Assembly: GCF_006345805.1 (NCBI RefSeq)
Contig: NC_043002.1
Coordinates: 48,980,001 to 49,044,000 of the forward strand
Direction: 5' to 3'
Source of the DNA: Octopus sinensis
Lineage: Eukaryota
Length of the DNA: 64,000 bases
Shown: positions 34,918-49,034 of the stretch, in pieces
How positions within the stretch are numbered: position 1 is the stretch's first letter
How the letters are laid out: every line of letters starts with the position of its first letter
Notes under the pieces: generated by a model
Seen by the model: only the letters and a program-made list of their open reading frames with translations
The model's database searches: none
What the model was told of the DNA's origin: nothing
Program-made: the position numbers and the translations under genes

Positions 34918-36663
34918 CACAGGGGAACAGGGTTTTTGTTGTCTGATGTTGGCGACATGTTTCCTACTAATTCAAAGGTGCTGATTTCAAAAATGAAATC
35001 CATTTTGCTCTATCGTGTCAAGATTTTTCACAAACTAAGATGTCCATTTTTCAACATTTCTGGTATTGTCACCATTTCTAAGGATAGATTTGACTTCATC
35101 AAATGCGAACCCATGTATAATTTTGGCATAATTTTGAAAACAGTTTTTCTATGTCATTTGAAGTAAATTCAACAACAAAAGTGAAAACAAATGTTGATTT
35201 AAGTATCTTTAGTAAATAAAAAGTATCAAACTTGAGCAACTTTCAGTATTTTCAACCTAACCAGTTTCAAATGCCATGATGATGAAAGAAATGTCCTTTA
35301 TACAATTAAATGTTTAGAAACAACATATCTTTTGCAGCCCTTGACACCATACGACTCATGTTTGCAGAATTTATCTGCAGATATCCCCACAATTTGCTTA
35401 ATTTAGTGTGACTATCATTGCAAACTAAATGAGACGTGTTTTGTTGAACTTTTAACTGTCTCTTATGAAAATTGGTATTTTGAATGTGTCCTTGATGTTT
35501 TGATTGTGAGGTCACATAAGTCAAGGTCACTTTTCATTAAGCATAGTCAAAGAGCTGTAAGAAGAACTTCATGGTATGTATGCTCTTTATGGAACTCTGC
35601 CATCACAAATCTGCATCTGCTTACCTTATAACTGTTGACTAATCTGAAAATGCTTTCCCAGCTGACAACTGGCTTGAACATGTTTTATATTTCTAAAATA
35701 TGGCCAATTGTGATAGAAGAGAATGTAAAAACAGTCCCGATGTCTTCTGCTTATTTCTGGATTAGGCAGTGAAACAAAATCACAGATTTTGTGAAGAAAG
35801 CTTACCTTACTTCCTTACTTATTTTAGCATGGAACTGGGTGACAAGACAAAGCTTGGGCATCCCATATAGTGTGCTATATGTGTTGAAACACTGAGGCAG
35901 TGACTTAAGCAGAAAGTTTCCAGTTTTGTCTTGTGAGAAAAATAAGGTTGAAGTGTTTGATGGTCCATATATTAGGTGCCAATCACAGAATGAGCTATTT
36001 TTGGAGACCATGTCTGGCATTGAAAAAGAAGCATGGAATGCTTTTGTTGCAGTTGTATCTGATTTCCTGAGAAACAGGAAGCCATCAAATTATGAAGATC
36101 TTGTGCAGACTCTGTTAACTAGTTTTCGAGCATTGGGCTGCAACATGAGTATAAATGTGTATTTCCTGCACAGTCATCTGGACTACTTTCTTGAAAACCC
36201 TATGGTAATAGTGACAAGCAAAGAAAAAGATTCTACCAAGACATCAAGAACATGGGGAATAGGTATCAAGGCAAGTGGAACACCAACATGGTGCTGTCTA
36301 CTGCTGATCACTGCAAAGAGACTGTCATGATGCAATTTATTCACATAAAGCAACAAAGAGACTGTTCATTCCTTGAGTAGTTCAAACTCCAATTTGACAG
36401 AAATATTTATTCTAAGATGCGTAATTAAACATTTTGTGTAATATATGCTAAACAATAAAAACTACTACTTGGTTTGTGTTAGTTTCTTATTTCAGTCTTG
36501 CATTTAATGGAAAAATTGATGTTTTTTGGTAAAAAAATGAATTCCTGTTTAACAAAAAACTTGATGTGATAGAAAATTTCTGGTGGCATTTCTGAAGCCA
36601 ACACCATCAAATTAGGTAGGAAAAATTGTAAAAAGCAAGATAACTAAAAAATTTTATAGAGTG
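34918..36663 (+). mobile_element. Chapaev3-like (CMC superfamily) DNA transposon relic, internally deleted
   Basis: CAC...GTG termini and about 50-bp subterminal inverted repeats. N-terminal RRECKNSPDVFC..ITDFVKKAYL..LGDxDKAWAxHIVC..CVETLRQ; C-terminal EKEAWNAFVAVVSDFL..LGCNMSINVYFLHSHLDYF, followed in a shifted frame by the EQGxRFxQDI-like motif. Confidence 0.75.
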
Positions 36664-37124
36664 TATATACAAAATTACTGCTGTAATAGGAGGGAGACAG
36701 GAGAGGACTGGGCTACTTATAGTTTTGGTTAAAAGAAAATTTAGTCAGAAGGTGGTGTAGGGGACAGTGAAAGTTATCCTCAGACTGGAGATCTGGTCTG
36801 AATGCTTGCAACAGAATGGTTTCCATTGAAGGTCTCTAAGGATCAGGCTGTGATAAATTAAGTCTACCACCTCACCAAAAAGTAGAACCCTGCAACAGGC
36901 ATCCATCTACACAGTTTCCATCTAAGTTCCACTCATAAAACTTTAGTCACATTACTTAAAAGCACTGCACACTGGAGTTGAACCTGAAAGCATAAAGTTG
37001 CATAACAAACTTGTTAACCACTCTGCCTTAACTGTGCCCATTTTAATACTTCTTTGAGAGATTGTTGAGAGAAAAATGTGGAATATTAAGACTGTGACAA
37101 AGAATATGGACATTTTTCATAAGT

Positions 37125-37580
37125 AGGCATGGCTGTGAAATTAGAAAGCTTGCTTTGCAACCTCATGGTTCTGGGTTCAGTCCCACTGCATGGCACCTTG
37201 GGCAAGTGCCTTCCACTATAACTCCAGGCCAATCAAAGCCTTGTGAGTGGGTCTGGTAAATGGAAACTGAAAGAAACCCATTGTGTATATACATACGGTA
37301 TATATATATATATATGTATGTACTCGTATGTATCCTAGCACTACTGGTACCAGAAACTATTATGAATAAAGGCTAGTAACGCCAGAATAAGTGTATTTGT
37401 TCTTGTGTATATCCCACAAACTGTTTGACAACTGGTGTTGATTTGTTTATATCTCCATAACTCAGTAAAAAAAGACTGATAAAATAAATACCAGTTTTAA
37501 AGAACTAATACTGAGTTGATTTACTCAACTAAAAACCCCTTTATGGCTGCATTCCAATGACTGAAATAAGTGAAAACTAA
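37125..37580 (+). mobile_element. Family A bipartite SINE
   Basis: Head GGTTCTGGGTTCAGTCCCACTGCATGGCACCTTGGGCAAGTGCC, internal AT-rich spacer, tail ending CCAATGACTGAAATAAGTGAAA. Confidence 0.75.
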
Positions 37581-38394
37581 AAGCTAAAAGTAGATAGTAC
37601 AATAGCCATTACTAATAAAGAACAATAATTTCTTTCTTACTATTCATTCAATCCTGTTTAGTTTTTCATTTATGGATTTGAAAACAGAAAATAGTTTTGT
37701 ATTTATTTTAATGTTACTAGGCTTTGTTCATAATAGCTTCTGCTACCAGTAGTGCCAGGATACATTATATAGCTAGATACTGGCTACTAACTCAGCTTTA
37801 ATTACAAGAAAATCACAGAACTATTTAAATGACCTAAGAACACAAAAAACTGTTATATTCAATTTTAGTTTATTTCTCAATATTCCAAAATTACTTCATG
37901 CTTCTACAAACCTCATAACTGTCACAGTTCCACAGTACTTATACAATTCCACTGCATCTCAGTGGATAGGACTGTGTTTATAACCAGAGTGCAGAAATGC
38001 ATGAAAATTTTGATATTTTTGATAAATTTTTGATATATTGGTTTTGAATTGGTTTCAAATTTTGGTACAAAGCCTGCAAGTTCAGGGGCGGGGATAAGTG
38101 CTCAACCCCAGTGCTCAACTGATATTTATTTTATTGACCATGAAAGGATGAAAGTTGACCTCAGTGGAATTTGAACTTAGAAAGTAAAGATGGATGAAAT
38201 GCTGCTAAGCATTTTGACCAGTGTGATTACAATTCTGCCAGCTTGTTGCCTTAAATATTTTTTTGATATATTAATATCTGAAAAGTGAAGGTAATGTGTG
38301 TTCTTAGGTGGCTCAAATGACTCTCCCATGATTTAATTATTTCAACTTCAACACACAGTCCCGTATCAAGTAACTTATAATGTTCAAGTTTTAA

Positions 38395-38614
38395 CTCTTG
38401 ATGATTAAAATTACTGTGTCAAATGTAATGTTTCTTTATTCATATTATTTTGAATTAGCCATGCATTATCTCATAGCTTTGAGATTTTGATGATGTGATT
38501 GTTTAATTTTAGAATAATATAGGAGGGTTAGTATGAGAGATTAGAGCTGGTCTGTTTGAACATAGAAGAGGTGGAACATTTAGGCTGGATATAACCAGTG
38601 CAAGTGTTAAAAAG
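38395..38614. mobile_element. piggyBac-like MITE (family 2), decayed
   Basis: TTAA|CTCTT..AAAAG|TTAA with internal similarity to 27294-27514. Confidence 0.65.
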
Positions 38615-38809
38615 TTAAGTGACCAGTATCTGTCACTTTAAGAATGACTGTCACAGCAAGACTTTTACTATAACTTGTGGAAGTATATTGCCAACTTCTA
38701 AAAGGCAACATTCTGTTGTTTCTTAAAAGCTGGTATTTTCCTAAGGGAAGAGATATTTCCTGAAATCCAACCCATTTTTCTTGCCTTTTTTTAAAAATAC
38801 TATTTGAAC

Positions 38810-39092
38810 CAGTTTTCTCAAACTTGCAAAAGTAAGATGTTTTTCTATGAGTATTTCCTTTAAATCAGTGGGGGTCCATATAAGATTTTGTTGTTAAAAT
38901 TTATGTGCAATAAAATGCTCATACTCCAACAGTACACAAAATATTTTAACAACATTTTTATGCAATTCCTAATAATATGTAATTATAAAAATCTAACTGA
39001 ACATTTTTTAAACATCAAATAGCTATGAGGTTCCACCTGAGCAAAATAGGAATCAAAGGGGTCCATAGGAAATAGATGTTTGGGAACCAGTG
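38810..39092. mobile_element. Possible hAT-type MITE, decayed
   Basis: CAGTTTTCTCAAAC ... TTTGGGAACCAGTG termini resemble CAGTGGTTCCCAAA-type TIRs; internal GGGGTCCAT motifs; no clear 8-bp TSD. Confidence 0.4.
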
Positions 39093-42000
39093 TTTTAAAT
39101 GATAAATTCACTTACAACTGCCAAATGTGAAATACATTTGTTTTGATTTGATTTTTACTTTTTGAAAAATAAGGTAAGCAAGATTAAGTGCCTTGTCTTA
39201 GAGCATAACTCAATGACTGTAGTATGATTAGAACGCATTATCATTGTCCAACAGTGCACCATCTGAACTTCACCATCTTAACAGTCAATATGCTCAGTTT
39301 AAGATTTTTTTCAATTTATTCCCTTTAATGACGTTAATATAATAAAATTAGTATTTGAAGGTGACATATTGACTTTTGATTAATTAATTAAAGGTAATTC
39401 CTTACTATGCTGTTAAACTGAGTAGCTGAGGCTTTTCCAACAGTGAATCTATACATGGTGATCTTTGTTGTCATATTTCACATAAAGCTGGAAATGCAAT
39501 AATTATCAAACATAAATGGATAGCAATTATTTATTGCCAGCTCAGCAAGTTTAGTAGCCAATATATTATGCAGTGATTATTCGGCAATGGGATTTTAAGA
39601 AATACCCAAACCTCTTCTCTGAAAGCAGCAGCCAACTTATAATGAATTTATAGTTGCTGCCAAAAGTGTTTAGGCAGAATCCTATAGTTCTTCCTGTAAT
39701 AGCTATTATTACTCAGTGTAGTATGTGGCTGATTGTACAGTTGGTATATTTAAATGATATCTGAGTTTTAACAATTCGCTGAAAAATGATAAAAGAAAAT
39801 ACTAGACTTTAATTTGAATCATAATCAGTTCTATCAAAGGCCAAATGATACAATACATCCTTTAAATGATAAATTACCTTTTGTTTTGCATAAATATCAT
39901 TGTTGCTTCTATTTTATACTTTAACAAAGACAGATCTGAACTATCATTAAATTTAATTAAATTCTTTTAGAAACTGACAGTCTATTCATTACAATTTGCT
40001 TAGGTAGTCCAAAAAAATCAATCTTATAATTTGGTGTAAAAGAAATTTTAAAAAATTAAAACAGCAAAAAAAAAATCCCTGATTTGCTTTGAAAAGAAAT
40101 AAAGAATCACTGTTGGAATCTAATTTTTGGTCGCTTAAATGTTTTTGTTTACTTCCAAAAAAAAAAAAATATTCAGACTAAAATTTTATTTAATTTATCC
40201 ACCCAACCATCTTCTCCACCAGATTTTCTTTGGAAGGTCATGGGTTTTAGAGTCTTGAGGTACCTCTTCCATAGGATCCTATCAGAAGCAACCATTATGA
40301 AACTTTCTACTAGACTCTCAAGCATGAACAACTGAGACTATGGATATTATTCAACAATCTTATTCTTGATCTACTTCTAGGTCTCTTGCTGGCTGGCTCA
40401 GCTAGAAGAAAATCCATCTTATAGTTCTTTCCAGTGGCATTTAAATCACATGTCCATAGAACCAGAGTTGTGATTACTCAATGAAAATGAAAGAGAAGGA
40501 CAGCATCTTTGACTCTGCTTTTAGTTTTTCAGGCTTTCCGAGTTTGATTGAATGAAGGGAGAAAGTTGTCATCACAATGGAGACCTAAACTGAATGCTTC
40601 TAACAGATTGAACTCTGATAAAGGCACCCAGTGACTAAGACAGTGGTTTTAAGGTGATGATGGATTAAGTCTACTAACCAAGAACAAACAGCTGGAACAA
40701 ATACCACAAAACATCTCATCAGACTTCTTTACAATTCTGTTAATCCACCAGTCTGTATAACTCAAAAAGATAAAAAGCAAAATTGAGCTCATTGGGATTT
40801 AAACTTAGAGCAAACACTACAAGATGTTTTGCCCTATACTTTAATGACTCAGCCAGTTTGCTATCTTGTATGGTAAAAAGATGACAAGGATACTTTAGTC
40901 ATTGCATCACCTTTGAAAATGTCTTTAGTTCATTTTCTGTCCTAATCAATTTAACTTTTCATTTTCCAGAGCAGAGTGATAAAATAACCAGTTTGTGAGC
41001 AGCTTCCTTTCCTATTAGATTTTCCTCTCTCTGCTGTTTCTGAAGAAGAGCATTGCTCAAAAAGTCTTGGGTTGATTTCTTTCACTAAAACCCTTTAAGG
41101 CAGTGCTCCAGCATGCCATAGCCTAATGACTTAGGCAAGCACCAGAGTAACAGAGAAGAGAACTGTTATTGTATTCATGTTAAAGATCTTTAGAATCGTT
41201 CAGTGGAGCTCAATTCTCTGCTGGTCCATCAGGCTCTGACAACAGGTGATGTGGCATAGCTATTGAAGTATAGTACCATCACACCAATTTATCTATAACA
41301 TCTTATATTACTGCCAACAAAACATACATGCTCAGACAAACTTATTCACCCACACACCTCTTGTCTTTCATTCATACTTCCTATCATTTATTCACACATA
41401 TAAACATTCTCACTAAAAAAAAAAAGAAAAAGAAAAGTAGACATCATTAAAACAGATAATGTAGAAAGAAAAGAAGTAAATAACAATATTAAAAATTTGA
41501 TATTAAACTACTCAAACAAAAAATGTGGAAGCATCATTTATGTAGGTCATACGTGTATATTCCTGTCCAGCTACAATATCTAAATTATCTATTATTATAT
41601 ATGTTTCTGATAACAATGAAATAGTGATTTCTGACACAAGCACAAGGTCACAAATTTTGCATGTATTTTTTATCTCTTATTTCTTTCAGTCATTGAACTG
41701 CAATCATACTGGGGCATCACTTTGAAATGATTTTGTCAAACAGATCACCTTCAGTAGTTATCTATAAGTCTGGTTCTTATTCTATTAGCCACTTTTACTG
41801 AACTGCTAAGTTAAAGAGACCAGAACAAACCAACACAAGTTGTCATGTGGTGGTGATGTGGTCACAAACACAGACACAAAGACATGTACACACATACACA
41901 CACACACACACACACATGTAGACACACGCAGACACACACACACATACACACATGGGTGTAGGTGTGGCTGTGTAATAAGATGTTTGCTTCCCAACCACAT

Positions 42001-43363
42001 GGTTCTGAGTTCAGTCCCACTGCAAGGCACCTTGGGCAAGTATCTTCTCCTTTTGCCCTGTGCCAACCAATGCCTTGTGAATGTATTTCATAGATGGAAA
42101 CTGAAAGAAGCCTGTTGAATGTGTGTGTGGGATTACTGTCTCCTTGCTTTGATATAACATGATAGTTTTAAACAAATGTCATTGTCATGAAAGCAGTGTT
42201 CTTCATTTCACAATATTCTGTGAAGAGATGTCTGGTCATGGGAATAAATTACTTTACTTGAAAGCAGGTGAGGGTTGGTTACAGGAAGGGCATCCAGCTG
42301 TATAAAGAAAATCTGCCTCAGCAAAATTCCGTCCAATCCATGAAAACATAGGAAAACAGCGGATTAAAATGACGATGATATACACAACAGGCTCACATGT
42401 AATTTCTGTCTACCAAATTCACCCACAAGGCATGGAAGGACAAAACAGCTTTTGGTACCTGATGGAAGTAAAGACTTATAGTATAGTGGCTAGGATGTTC
42501 AGTTTATAGTCATAAGGTCAATGTCTGAATTTCTGGATGGAGTGTTACATTGTGCTGTTGAGCCAAGCACTTCACTTCACATTGCTCAAGTTATAATACT
42601 TAAGCTGTAATAAATACCAGGTTAGTGCTGGTGTAGCCCTCTTGTCTTTTGGCTTTCCAATCAGGATATGCTGCCATGTCAAAGGTGGGAGAACTGAGAG
42701 ATTATCTATTTCTGCCCGTGATCAATTAGTATCTGATGATCAATTAGTACAGGTATTTCACTTATGTTAAATAACAGTTTTGGTCTTAGAGATTAAAATG
42801 TGTTTTTGTTATAGTTGTGTGAGTAAGGAGCTTGCTTTGCAGCAATGTGCTTTCAGGTTCACTTCCACTGCATGGCACCTTGGGCACGTATCTTCTACAG
42901 TAGCTCCAGGCCGACCAAAGCCGTGTAAGTGAATTTGGTAGATGGAAACTGTAGAAATCTGTTGAGTATAAATGGTAGTTGGTGACCCTGTCAGTGCAGG
43001 TGCCACTTAAAAAGCACCCTGTCCACACTGTAAAGTGGTTGGTATTTGTAAGGGTATCCAGCTGTAAAAACCTTGCCAGAACTGACTGTGCCTGTGCTTG
43101 TGCCATGTAAAAAGCCTGAAGTCCACTCTGCTGAGTGGTTGGTGTTAGGAAGGGCATCCAGGTATAAAAATTCTGCCAAAACAGTCATAGAAGTCTGGTG
43201 CAGGCTTCTGTCAAACTATCCCAACCATGCCAGCTTGGAAGGCGGTGGACATTAAACAATGATGATGATGATGATGATATACATATATATATATATATTG
43301 TGAGCAAATCATATATCTGAAAGAGAAACACACTCTAAGTTATAGAGCAGTAGAGTAATTAGA

Positions 43364-43519
43364 TAAAGATAGTTATAGCTGGTATTCAAGGTTACCCAGG
43401 GTTTAACGTCTATAAAACACTTAGCTTTACAGCTTAGGGTCTGAAGAATGCTGTAAAGCTAAGCACTTTATGGACATGAAACTCTGGGTAAACCCAAAGA
43501 TTGACCTTAACTATCTTTA
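43364..43519. repeat. Fold-back element (42-bp inner arms, 12-bp outer arms)
   Basis: Arms 43392-43433 and 43450-43491 pair at 35 of 42 positions; outer TAAAGATAGTTA / TAACTATCTTTA. Confidence 0.85.
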
Positions 43520-43840
43520 ATTAGTATATGTATATATATAAAAGGAGCACTCCATCGGTTACAATGATGAGGGTCCCAACTGATATGATCAACAGAACAG
43601 CTTGCTTGTCAAATTAACATGCAAGTGACTGAGCACTCCATAGACACATGTATCATTAATGTAGTTCTCAGGGCGATTCAGTGTAACACAGAGTATAAGT
43701 ACTACTCATTTTTACTAGCTGAGTGGACTGGAGCAATGTGAAATAAAGTGTCTTGCTGAAGGACACAATGTGTCGCTAAGAATTGAGCTCACGACCTTAC
43801 AATCATGAGCTGAATGCCCTAACCACAAAGCCATGTGTCT

Positions 43841-43888
<48 letters not shown>

Positions 43889-44452
43889 AAGTGCCTCCTT
43901 CAGGCAAAATTTGCAGGTTGAGTATTGACCTTAGTAGGGTCTCATTATACAGACATACACACTTACACATCTATGCACACACAAACACTTGTATACATAT
44001 AAACATATTCAAACACACATACACAAATGTGTGTGTGTATATATATATATATGTACCCTGGGTAACCCCACAGACTGGGCATAACTATTTTTAATCAATA
44101 TGTGTGTATGTGTATGTATATGTACATATATATATATATACACACACATACACGTGTGTATGTGTGTAAACCATTACCATTACCACCATTTTCATTATAA
44201 CATCCACTTTCTATACTTGCATAGATCTGACGGATTTTATTCAAGTAGATTTTCTGTGGTTAGATGCCATTCCGATCACCAAACCATACCTCATTCCAAG
44301 CAAGGCAATATTTCCTCATGGCCAGACATGTTTTTGGAGAATATTGGAAATAAATGACGTTGACTGCATGAAAAAAGATACTCATCTAAGACTATCACAA
44401 GATGTCAAAACAAAGGGACACTGATATATCTACTGTTACACATACAGTACAT

Positions 44453-44485
<33 letters not shown>

Positions 44486-45319
44486 TATATATATATATCA
44501 TGTGAAGAATGCAGTTGTTGGTAGCACATTTATTCCACAGTTTACAGCTGTTCCAATAACATGAGTGACAAATGAAAACAATGGAACAGAGCAATAATAC
44601 TATCATATTGATTATATAATGAGAGACCTATAGTAATCAAGTCATAACCTTTGGCCATGACTGGAAGCCCTTCCTGATGCCAACCCTCATAGTTTCCCAA
44701 TCAGTTGAGTAACAAACATACTGATCATGTTTTACACAGAGAATTGGAAACAAACAACTCTGTCTGACTGCACTTTAATTATATATAAATATATATATAT
44801 ATATGTACATACATGTAAATATGTATACATGCATATTGGAAGGAGTTCTTTCAATTTCTGTCTACCAAATCTTCTGAGACGGTTTTGGTCAGTAGACGAT
44901 TGTACAAGATACTATGTGATGAGACAGAACCCAGAACCATGTGATCTGAAAGTGAAATTTTTATCCACACTGCCAAGTAGATGGATGTGTGTGTGTGTGT
45001 GTGTGAGTGTTTGCATGTTATAACTCACAGCAAAATATGTTTGTCAGTTTCATGTATATGATATACTCTGTGAATATAGTTATTCATATATGTACTATGT
45101 ACATATATATATATATATATGCACATATACATACATACATGCATGCTTATTTTTGTGTGCAGAAAGAAGATTAATTTAAGCTTTATATAAAGAAATAAAA
45201 AAAAATTGCCTCGTTTCGGAGGATAACGTTTTTTGGCACTGCAGTTTGTCTGCAACAATTAGTGCAATATATTGCTAAAGGTGAATGCCTTTCATTATTG
45301 CTATCTCCTTCCGTTACAG

Positions 45320-45453
45320 CTGTCACTGAACAGAGTGATGACACACAAGCAAAACACACAACTGCCATCACTAATTTTGGCAGCATTATTTCTTTCCGAT
45401 GTTAGCGGCCTCTGCAGTTGCTCCACTGTACTATTGACGAAAAGAGACTACTG
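45320..45453 (+). CDS. Candidate exon (134 nt)
   Basis: tgctatctccttccgttacag|CTGTCA...GACTACTG|gtgagc; one fully open frame, LSLNRVMTHKQNTQLPSLILAALFLSDVSGLCSCSTVLLTKRDY (phase 0 to 2); unique, CpG-retaining sequence. Confidence 0.35.
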
Positions 45454-45634
45454 GTGAGCGCATCAGGAACATTTCTCTACTTAATTGACTGACATAACCA
45501 ACTGCTGTGTTGACTCTAGTTCTGAATAGCTTAGATATGGAATGGAAGGAATGGAAGGTGTGCTCACTTGCAGCTGGCATCAGTAGCTGGCCGTTACCAA
45601 TGTCTCACTTTCTATCACTGATCATCTATCCACC

Positions 45635-45675
<41 letters not shown>

Positions 45676-45807
45676 GTATATTTATGTTTATGTTTCTTTC
45701 AAAGGATACAATCTTGTTTGTATATTTTGCTTGTTTGTTTGTTTGTTAAATAAGCTAATATGAACTTTTTTTTTATATAAAAATCAATTACACAAACACA
45801 AGCATAA

Positions 45808-45838
<31 letters not shown>

Positions 45839-45963
45839 CACACACATACACAAGCACAAATACACAAGTAACCCCCACCACACATATCACACCAGATAAG
45901 CCCTACTGCATTATATTTTATTCATTATCGGTTACTTGTATGTGTGTGTACATACATACAAGC

Positions 45964-46003
<40 letters not shown>

Positions 46004-46984
46004 ACAATATATATACACACATGTATATAAATATATTTATGAATTGCTACATACATATCTGCATATTTATATATGTGTGTGTTTATGTATATACATTTGT
46101 GCATATATATATATATATGTGTGTTTATATGTGTGTGTGTTTATGTTTGTGTGTGTGTGTGTGTTTGTGTGTGTTTGTGTGTGTGTGTGTGTATGTGTGG
46201 GTGTGTGTGTGTCTCACCCATGCCAACATGGAAAATAACAGTAAAATGATGATAATGATATTTGAATATATAAACATACGTATCATATATAAACATAATC
46301 TATATGTATATGTATGTATGTATGTATTTTTGTGTGCGTATGTGTATGTATGCATATGTGTGCTTGTGTTATGCATATGTGTCTTTCTCCCTCTGTGCAT
46401 ATGCATGTATTGTATATAAGTATGCTTTCAAAACTAACAATCTCTATATATTTAAGCAATTCTTCAGAAACTCAGTCTTTTGTTTTCTCTCTTCCCCATT
46501 CTTTTTGTTTGTTTTTCCTTTATTATATCAAAAACGTTCAGTTTGGTATGCCAATTTAGACCTATAAAATACATTCACATATCAGTCTATATACATAGAC
46601 AATCTCAAAACAAAAAATGAATACATAAATATAATATCAACAAAATATACATTATCAGCTGGATACATTTCATTTTAAATGGATGTATATTTAACACTCT
46701 ACATCTTTAAACTAAAAAATTTAGTTTTTCTACTAAATCTATTGGGTTCTTTAAGTCCTAATCATATCACTCATTCCGAGCACTTTTGAAAAATTTCTAT
46801 CGAGTTATTAACTCTTTTATCTACTTATCTAGCAGCCTACCTACCTACCTCAACCTACTTACCTATGTACTTACCTGCCTATCAACCTAGCTACCTACTT
46901 ATATACAGATATGTCTGCCCATCTGTCTGTCTGTCTCTGCCTATCACTTTATTTACCTAGCTACCTGCTGATCTATCTATCATT

Positions 46985-47070
46985 CTATGTATGTATGTAT
47001 GTATGTATGTATGTATGTATGTATGTATGTATGTATGTATGTATGTATGAATGTAAGTATGTATGTATGT
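46985..47070. repeat. (TATG)n microsatellite
   Basis: Direct reading of the sequence. Confidence 0.95.
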
Positions 47071-47892
47071 ATCCATCTAGCTTTTTTTCTTTCTGTCTGC
47101 CTGTCTGTTACTCTATATATCTATCTATGTCTGTCTGTCTGTTTGTCAATGTATCAACCATCAACAAATCTTTGTTTCCTTCATTCTTTCTTTCTTCCTT
47201 CCTGCCTATACTGTTACATTGTTGTCTATCTCTCTTTCTCTCTCTCTGTCCCAAGTTATTCATCCATCTCAATCAAATTGTCATTCTCTTTTATTGATTT
47301 TTGTATTGTGCCGGTGGTACAAGAGAACCATATCACCTCACATTTTTCTCTAAATTTTCCAACTTTTATTCTGTTACTTTTTCTTCAGGCATGGCTGAGT
47401 AATTAAAAAGTAGTTTCAGTTCAGTCTCACCATGTGACACCTTGCATAAGTATCTTCCTCTTTAGCCCTGAGCTGACCAATGCCTTGTGAGTGAATTCAG
47501 CAGACAGAAACTATGTGGACTCCCACACAGGGTTGGCATAAGGAAGTGCAGGGCTCTATTAGAGAATTGGCAGTGGGCCCCTCTGCACTACAAAAGCTGA
47601 AGATTGATGTTTTATGCTTTGTACAGTACACCAATTCGGGCCATAAGGCATTGAGGGTTTGATATATTAAAAATTCATCATAACATCCTCTGTTCAAGCA
47701 TGTGTATGGGACCCTCTCTTGACCCAATTTGGACAAATCTGTTTAAATGACTTAAAACTGGTCCTAATTCCACACATATATATGTGTGTGTATGTGTGTG
47801 AGTATGTGTGTGTGTGTATGTGTATGAGTGTGTGTGTGTTTTCTTTATTGCCTTCTGTTTTTTCTTTATTTTTGTTGCTGTTTGTGTGTGTG

Positions 47893-47928
<36 letters not shown>

Positions 47929-48060
47929 ATACATGTGTATAATGCATTTAAGTCATCTACAAGCCTAAAACATGTATTAAACAATTTCAAAATATCACTA
48001 TATATATGTGTGTGTGTGTATGTGTATATCATGATGATGATGATGATATATATATATATA

Positions 48061-48120
<60 letters not shown>

Positions 48121-48436
48121 TGTATATATATATGTATATATATACCTACACAGATACATACATATATATATATAAATATATCATGTGATCACATGACCGA
48201 CCAGACTATCAGATGTTTTAGCCTTCAAATGATGCCACCCACTGATCAAAAGGGGGACTGAAGCATCGTGAAATGAAGTGTTTTGCTCAAGAATACAACT
48301 TGCCATCCAATCAGGGAATTGAACTTACAATCTAGTGATCTCGAGTGCAACAGCCTAACAAGAATAGCATTGACAGTGACTCTAAGGTTCTAGCCAGCTA
48401 AACCATCTTCCAATGAGTTCCTCCATCCCAAAAAGA

Positions 48437-48521
<85 letters not shown>

Positions 48522-48709
48522 CATCAAGCAATATATTTCTGGTTATCATATATAACTGTTCAAAATGTTACTTTTGGTTTCATGTTGAATATACCCATCA
48601 GACAATATTTACAATTTTTCAGGGATGTCTACATCTTGAAAAATCAGCCAAGAATCAAAAGACTTCTGATGGTAGTCCAGTGGAATGTTAGGACGCTAGT
48701 TTACTTTAA

Positions 48710-48927
48710 CTCTTTAACAGTTAAACTGACCATATCTGGCTCAAATATTCTACTTGTTTTATGTTCAAACTGGTTGGATCTGGTCTCTCTCACCTACCTA
48801 CAATGTCATTCTAAAAATAATCAATCACATCATTGAAATCTCTAAGTTACAAGATAATACATGAGTCATTAAAAAAATGTCAATAAATAAGCATTACATT
48901 TGATAGAATATTCTGAATGCTAAAGGG
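48710..48927. mobile_element. piggyBac-like MITE (family 2), opposite orientation
   Basis: TTAA|CTCTTTAACAG ... CTAAAGGG|TTAA; reverse complement of the 27294-27514 interior. Confidence 0.75.
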
Positions 48928-49034
48928 TTAAAGTATCAGATAGAACTGAAAATTGTATTATATTAATAAGAAAAAAAATGAAGCTAGTATGCTTTGCTAG
49001 ATGTGCAATGTTAATGTGTACATAAAACTGAGTG

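Noticed and set aside
48623-48671. Plus-strand exon candidate DVYILKNQPRIKRLLM bridging 45453 and 58506
   Set aside because: The acceptor is good but the donors are weak (gtagtc or gttagg) and two frames are open, so the phase fit is uninformative.
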